Below, one piece after another: positions 59,929-64,000 of a stretch of 64,000 nt of DNA. Made by a program: the position numbers and the translations under genes. The stretch spans positions 98,410 through 162,409 of the forward strand of contig CAKQWA010000002.1 in the NCBI GenBank assembly GCA_934277945.1. Reading direction: 5' to 3'. The stretch's first letter is position 1. Each line of letters opens with the position of its first letter. Origin of the DNA: an uncultured Alphaproteobacteria bacterium. Its GTDB lineage: Bacteria > Pseudomonadota > Alphaproteobacteria > CAAGCB01 > CAG-977. The notes below the pieces were generated by a model that saw only the letters and a list, made by a program, of their open reading frames with translations, ran no database searches and had not been told where the DNA came from.

Positions 59929-62900
59929 TCACGAAGCCGCCATTGTTTGAAGCGACGGATAGTCGACCTTGCCCGAACTCAACAGCGGGATTTCGGCAAG
60001 AACGACGATTTTCGACGGCACGCCCAAATCGCTCAACCCCTTTTCGCGCACATATTTTTTAATCTCGAAAGCGTCGGCGTTTTCGCGTGTCGTGAACAGG
60101 ACGAGTTTTTCGCCCTTTTTCGCGTCCGCGACGGCGACGACGGCGTTCTGCGCGTCGGGATACAGCCCGTTGACCGTCCCCTCGATCGCGCCCAGAGAAA
60201 TCATTTCGCCGCCGACTTTGGCAAAACGCTTCGCCCTGCCCTTGATGAAAATGAAATCCTCGTCGTCGACTTCGACAATGTCGCCCGTGTCGTACCAGCC
60301 GTCCCTGACGGGTTCCAAAACGCGCGGATTTTCGGGGCGCATATAGCCCATCATGACGTTGCCGCCCTTTAACAAAAGCCGCTTGCCGTCCGTAATGCCC
60401 GCCGCCTCTTCCAGTTTGTAATCCAAAGCGGGAACGATTCGCCCGACGGAGCCGCGCCTGTTATACATGCGGGAATTGACGGAAATCAGCGGGGAACATT
60501 CCGTCGCGCCGTATCCCTCGATGACGCGGATGCAGAATTTCTCGATGTACAGTTTTTCGGTCGATTCTTTGAGTTTTTCCGCGCCGACGATCGCCAGCCG
60601 CAAACTGTAAAAATCGTACGGATGCGCCGCTTCGCCGTATCCGGCAAGGAACGTGTCCGTCCCCACGAGCACCGTCGCGTTCGTGTCGTAAATCAGTTCG
60701 GGAATGATTTTATAATGCAGGGGCGAGGGATAATACACCGTCTTGATGCCGTGCAGCGTCGTCATCACCGTCGCCATGCCCAATCCGAACGAATGGAACA
60801 TCGGCAGCGCGTTAAAGAAAACGTCGCGAGGATTCAGTCCCGCCGCCACGACGCCCTGATAGCCATTAATCAGGAAATTGCGATGGGACAACAAAACGGC
60901 TTTCGGCATACCCTCGGATCCCGACGTGAACAGGACCGCCGCCGCCTCGTTTGCCGTTCTGCGCGGCATCACGCGGCAAAAATACCGTCCCAGCCCCCTG
61001 ATTTTATCGCCGAGCGACAAAGACGCGGCGACGTCCTCCAAATACAAGATGCGGACGCCCGCCTCTTTCAGCGCCGATTCGACGTTTTCCAACTTGCCCG
61101 CCTCGATGAACGCGCGCGACGACACGACCGTGCGCACGCCGACGGCTTTCAGGCAACTCAAAATCTGCGCCGGTCCGCTGGAAAAATTCAGCATGGCGGG
61201 AACTTTGTCGGCGGCAATCAAGCCGAAGAACAGAACGACGTTCGCCAAGACGTTCGGCATCATCACGCCGACGTATTCCCCGTCACGCGTGCGGTTGGCG
61301 ATCGCGCCGCCCAGCACATAGCCTTTCAACAGCAAATCCTTGTAGCGCAAAGCGTGCCTTGACGCGTCTTCGGCGATTTCGCGGTTCGCGCCGAACGTGT
61401 CGCGCGCGTCCCACAACGCTTTGACAAGGTTGCGGTTCGCGTTGAACGATTCGACCAGCATCCGCGTCATCATGCGATACATCTGCAACGACACGGCGTA
61501 GTTGCGTTTGCGCTTGTCCGCCGTTTGAGAAACCTCCAATTTCCGCGCGGGCATGATTGTCAGGCGGATTTTCGGCAGCCAGCGGGTTTTATGCTGTTCT
61601 TTCTGCAAGGAAAATTTGGAATACTGCGCGCCGGAAATGCACACGGGAAGCACGGACGCGTTCGCTTTTTGCGCCATGACGCCGACTCCCGCGTAAATTT
61701 TCATCAGCCCGCCCGTCACCGCGGAACGCCCTTCCGGAAACACCAGCACTTTCGCATTGCTTTTCAGCAAGGCGATCAGCGGGCGCAAAGCCATCGAATC
61801 CTTCATATCCAGAATATGCACGTCGGCGAACAGCGAACAGGCGTATTCAAAGAAACTTCTTTTGCGCGCGGGCGGCAGGACGACGGCAATGCGTTCGGGC
61901 ATGAAAGCCGCAATCAGCAGCGCGTCGATGCTTGACATATGGTTCGCCGCAATCAGCACGCGATGCCCCGATTCCAAGAAATGCCGCTGTCCCTTGACCG
62001 TGACGTGAAACAGGATTTCCAGCACCGTGCGCACCAGCGCGCGCTGAAACGACGCGGGACTGATCCGGCAGTTGTAAATCAAAACGCCCGCGCCCAAGAC
62101 CGCGCAGAACGCGAAAATCGCCCCGACGGGCATCCCGTAGCGATAACGTACCGCCGTCAGAATCAGCGCAATCAAAAAACACGCGAGATTTAAAAATTTC
62201 GTCGCCACGACCAAAGCCTGAAAATTGCGTTCCCGCACTCGCGTGCGCAGAGCCAGCGACAAGGGGAGCACATACATCCCCGCGCAAAACGCGTTGCCGC
62301 TCCACAAAATCAAAGAAGCGGCTTTGGCGGCGACGCCGTCGTACATCGACAAAACAGCCAAAACGGACAGGCACAGCGTCATGCCCGCGGTGTTCAGCGG
62401 CGACAGCGTGAAATCCAGAATCTGCCGCGCCAGCCGCTTGGCGTAGGCGCATCCGCCCCAAAAAGAAAACGCGGCGGAAAAAATCAAAACGTTTTCAAGC
62501 AAAACATTCCCGTTCGTCAGCGCGTCGACATTAACCAGCAGCAAGTATCCCGTCGCCCACATCCAGCTGATGCCGAACGACGCGCGGCACAGCACGGCGT
62601 ATTTGCGAATCTGCGCGAAAGAGGATATCACCCGGCGCGCGCCGATAAAGCGCATATCCGGCTCTTGCCTTTTTTCAAAAAACGAGGCGAGCGTCCGGAC
62701 GGCGCACAAGGCGGTCATCGCCGCCAAAGCGGTTTCAACCGACAAAACCGACCCGCAGAGCGACCCCGCCAGCATACTGGCGTATGTTGAAAAACGGCGG
62801 TAGTCGCGATTGAAAAACGCTTCGCCGTTTTCGGCGTCAAAGGAAACGGGCGCGCGGAACAAAGACGCGGCGACCCCCGCCCCCAGCGCAAGCGTCACGG

Positions 62901-63189
62901 GCAAAACGGGCAGATATCCGGCATACGCCGCCGTCATCAGCGCGAACAGGACGGTTTCCGCGCCGCGCAACAGGCGGCTGTTTTTCATGAAAACGCTTTC
63001 TTTCGCCGCGAACAGCAAAAAAACGAACATAAAGAAGAACATCGGCAGAAAATCGGCGCGCCCCGTCGCGCGATACGCTTTCAAAGCCATTAAAATTTCA
63101 GCAAAGCACAACAAAATGCGCACGTTCACAACCGATAACAGCGAATGAATCACTTTAAATTCCCCCTTTGGCGATTTTTGGAAATACAA
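59929..63189 (-). CDS. aas: tripartite fusion: polytopic membrane (LplT/MFS-like) domain + PlsC-type acyltransferase + acyl-ACP synthetase (Aas-like), 1086 aa
   Basis: N-terminal ~380 aa with multiple TM helices. HX4D acyltransferase motif ANHMSSID with PEGRS. C-terminal AMP-binding motifs TSGSEGMPK, GYGATE and GWYDTGD. The first ATG (63189) is taken as start; downstream ATGs are possible. Confidence 0.8.
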   Translation of the reverse strand: MYFQKSPKGEFKVIHSLLSVVNVRILLCFAEILMALKAYRATGRADFLPMFFFMFVFLLFAAKESVFMKNSRLLRGAETVLFALMTAAYAGYLPVLPVTLALGAGVAASLFRAPVSFDAENGEAFFNRDYRRFSTYASMLAGSLCGSVLSVETALAAMTALCAVRTLASFFEKRQEPDMRFIGARRVISSFAQIRKYAVLCRASFGISWMWATGYLLLVNVDALTNGNVLLENVLIFSAAFSFWGGCAYAKRLARQILDFTLSPLNTAGMTLCLSVLAVLSMYDGVAAKAASLILWSGNAFCAGMYVLPLSLALRTRVRERNFQALVVATKFLNLACFLIALILTAVRYRYGMPVGAIFAFCAVLGAGVLIYNCRISPASFQRALVRTVLEILFHVTVKGQRHFLESGHRVLIAANHMSSIDALLIAAFMPERIAVVLPPARKRSFFEYACSLFADVHILDMKDSMALRPLIALLKSNAKVLVFPEGRSAVTGGLMKIYAGVGVMAQKANASVLPVCISGAQYSKFSLQKEQHKTRWLPKIRLTIMPARKLEVSQTADKRKRNYAVSLQMYRMMTRMLVESFNANRNLVKALWDARDTFGANREIAEDASRHALRYKDLLLKGYVLGGAIANRTRDGEYVGVMMPNVLANVVLFFGLIAADKVPAMLNFSSGPAQILSCLKAVGVRTVVSSRAFIEAGKLENVESALKEAGVRILYLEDVAASLSLGDKIRGLGRYFCRVMPRRTANEAAAVLFTSGSEGMPKAVLLSHRNFLINGYQGVVAAGLNPRDVFFNALPMFHSFGLGMATVMTTLHGIKTVYYPSPLHYKIIPELIYDTNATVLVGTDTFLAGYGEAAHPYDFYSLRLAIVGAEKLKESTEKLYIEKFCIRVIEGYGATECSPLISVNSRMYNRRGSVGRIVPALDYKLEEAAGITDGKRLLLKGGNVMMGYMRPENPRVLEPVRDGWYDTGDIVEVDDEDFIFIKGRAKRFAKVGGEMISLGAIEGTVNGLYPDAQNAVVAVADAKKGEKLVLFTTRENADAFEIKKYVREKGLSDLGVPSKIVVLAEIPLLSSGKVDYPSLQTMAAS

Positions 63190-63319
63190 TTTTATACAAA
63201 TTTATAAAAAAAATCATCTCTTAACGGCGAAATGCGCAAAAATAATTCAAACGCTTATTTGAAATGCAAAAAAGCGTCTTGTTTTTTTTTTCGTTATCTG
63301 ATATTTGAGAAAGTCGTGC

Positions 63320-63406
<87 letters not shown>

Positions 63407-63440
63407 TTTTTTAAAACGCGCTCCTGTCGGGGCGCTTTAT
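63407..63440 (+). terminator. terminator after tRNA-Leu
   Basis: ttttttaaaa then gcgctcctgtcggggcgc hairpin then tttattttt. Confidence 0.55.
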
Positions 63441-63456
63441 TTTTGGAATTTCACCG

Positions 63457-63984
63457 ATGCTTGAAACGATACAAAGCCTTGATTTTTCCCTGCTCGACCT
63501 GATTGCCGCCCGCCGCTTCGGCGCGGCGACAAACGCGCTGACCGTCGTCACCCGTCTGGGCGACAACGGCGTTTTATGGATTGCCATCGCGCTGATGCTG
63601 TGCGTGTTCAAAAAAACGCGGCGCACCGGCGTTTTGATGATCATCGCTTTGGCGGCGACGTTCGTCGTCAGCACGCTGGGCTTGAAGCATCTGTTTTCCA
63701 GAGCGCGCCCCTGCGTCGTCGAGCCGGACAAAACATTCCTTTTCTGTCCCGCAGGCTATTCGTTTCCGTCGGGACACTCCGTTTCGTCTTTCGCGGCGGC
63801 GGGCGTTTTGTGGTTTCGCAGGCAGACGGGCGCGTTCGCGGCAATGCTCGCCGCTTTTCTGATCGCCTTTTCCCGCGTGTACCTGTTCGTGCATTTTCCG
63901 ACGGACGTGCTGACCGGCGCGCTCTTGGGCTTGGCGGCGGCGTACATCGTCTGCAATCTTGCGCAAAAACGCGCGGATTTTTGA
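63457..63984 (+). CDS. PAP2-family phosphatase (undecaprenyl-diphosphatase / PgpB-like, 175 aa)
   Basis: PAP2 motifs KxxxxxxRP (KHLFSRARP), PSGH (SFPSGHS) and SRxxxxxHxxxD (SRVYLFVHFPTDV). Four TM helices. Confidence 0.88.
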   Translation: MLETIQSLDFSLLDLIAARRFGAATNALTVVTRLGDNGVLWIAIALMLCVFKKTRRTGVLMIIALAATFVVSTLGLKHLFSRARPCVVEPDKTFLFCPAGYSFPSGHSVSSFAAAGVLWFRRQTGAFAAMLAAFLIAFSRVYLFVHFPTDVLTGALLGLAAAYIVCNLAQKRADF

Positions 63985-64000
63985 CAAAATAATTGACAAA

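Overview
A 64 kb chromosomal window from a high-GC (~60%) bacterium, mostly housekeeping genes. Gene order suggests an alphaproteobacterium (an inference, not a database hit): adk sits between secY and rpsM with no rpmJ or infA in the block, rpsF-rpsR-rplI has no ssb, and rpoH carries the RpoH box. The minus strand carries one uninterrupted translation block (21.4-39.6 kb): rpsL-rpsG-fusA-tuf, then rpsJ through rplO, then secY-adk, then rpsM-rpsK-rpoA-rplQ. Other identifiable genes are partial rpoH, a 1384-aa membrane-anchored coiled-coil protein, a long (type-2-like) ileS, a PEGA-domain secreted protein with a partner lipoprotein, a cupin and an amidohydrolase, an MsbA-like ABC exporter, a degenerate GGDEF protein, tsaC/sua5, a CorA/ZntB-type channel, pepA, and a short TspO. 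Further on are an orphan trpB, a suf operon (sufBCDS plus a DUF59 gene and a His-phosphatase/GNAT fusion), fba, tkt, tRNA-Glu(CUC), nfo, a glycosyltransferase with a short UDP-sugar-dehydrogenase-like gene, dnaB, rplI-rpsR-rpsF, an LplT/Aas-type triple-fusion gene, tRNA-Leu(GAG) and a PAP2 phosphatase. The two most notable non-coding or accessory observations follow. First, a textbook ribosome-mediated trp attenuator sits upstream of the stand-alone trpB: an 18-codon leader peptide with tandem UGG-UGG codons, overlapping pause, antiterminator and terminator hairpins, and a U9 tract. Second, a ~2.3 kb low-GC (~35-38%) islet lies immediately downstream of tRNA-Glu and encodes a single RecD/Dda-like SF1B helicase with an uncharacterised ~240-aa C-terminal domain. 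That islet is a candidate single-gene defence or mobile-element module. No CRISPR arrays, rRNA genes or integrases were seen.
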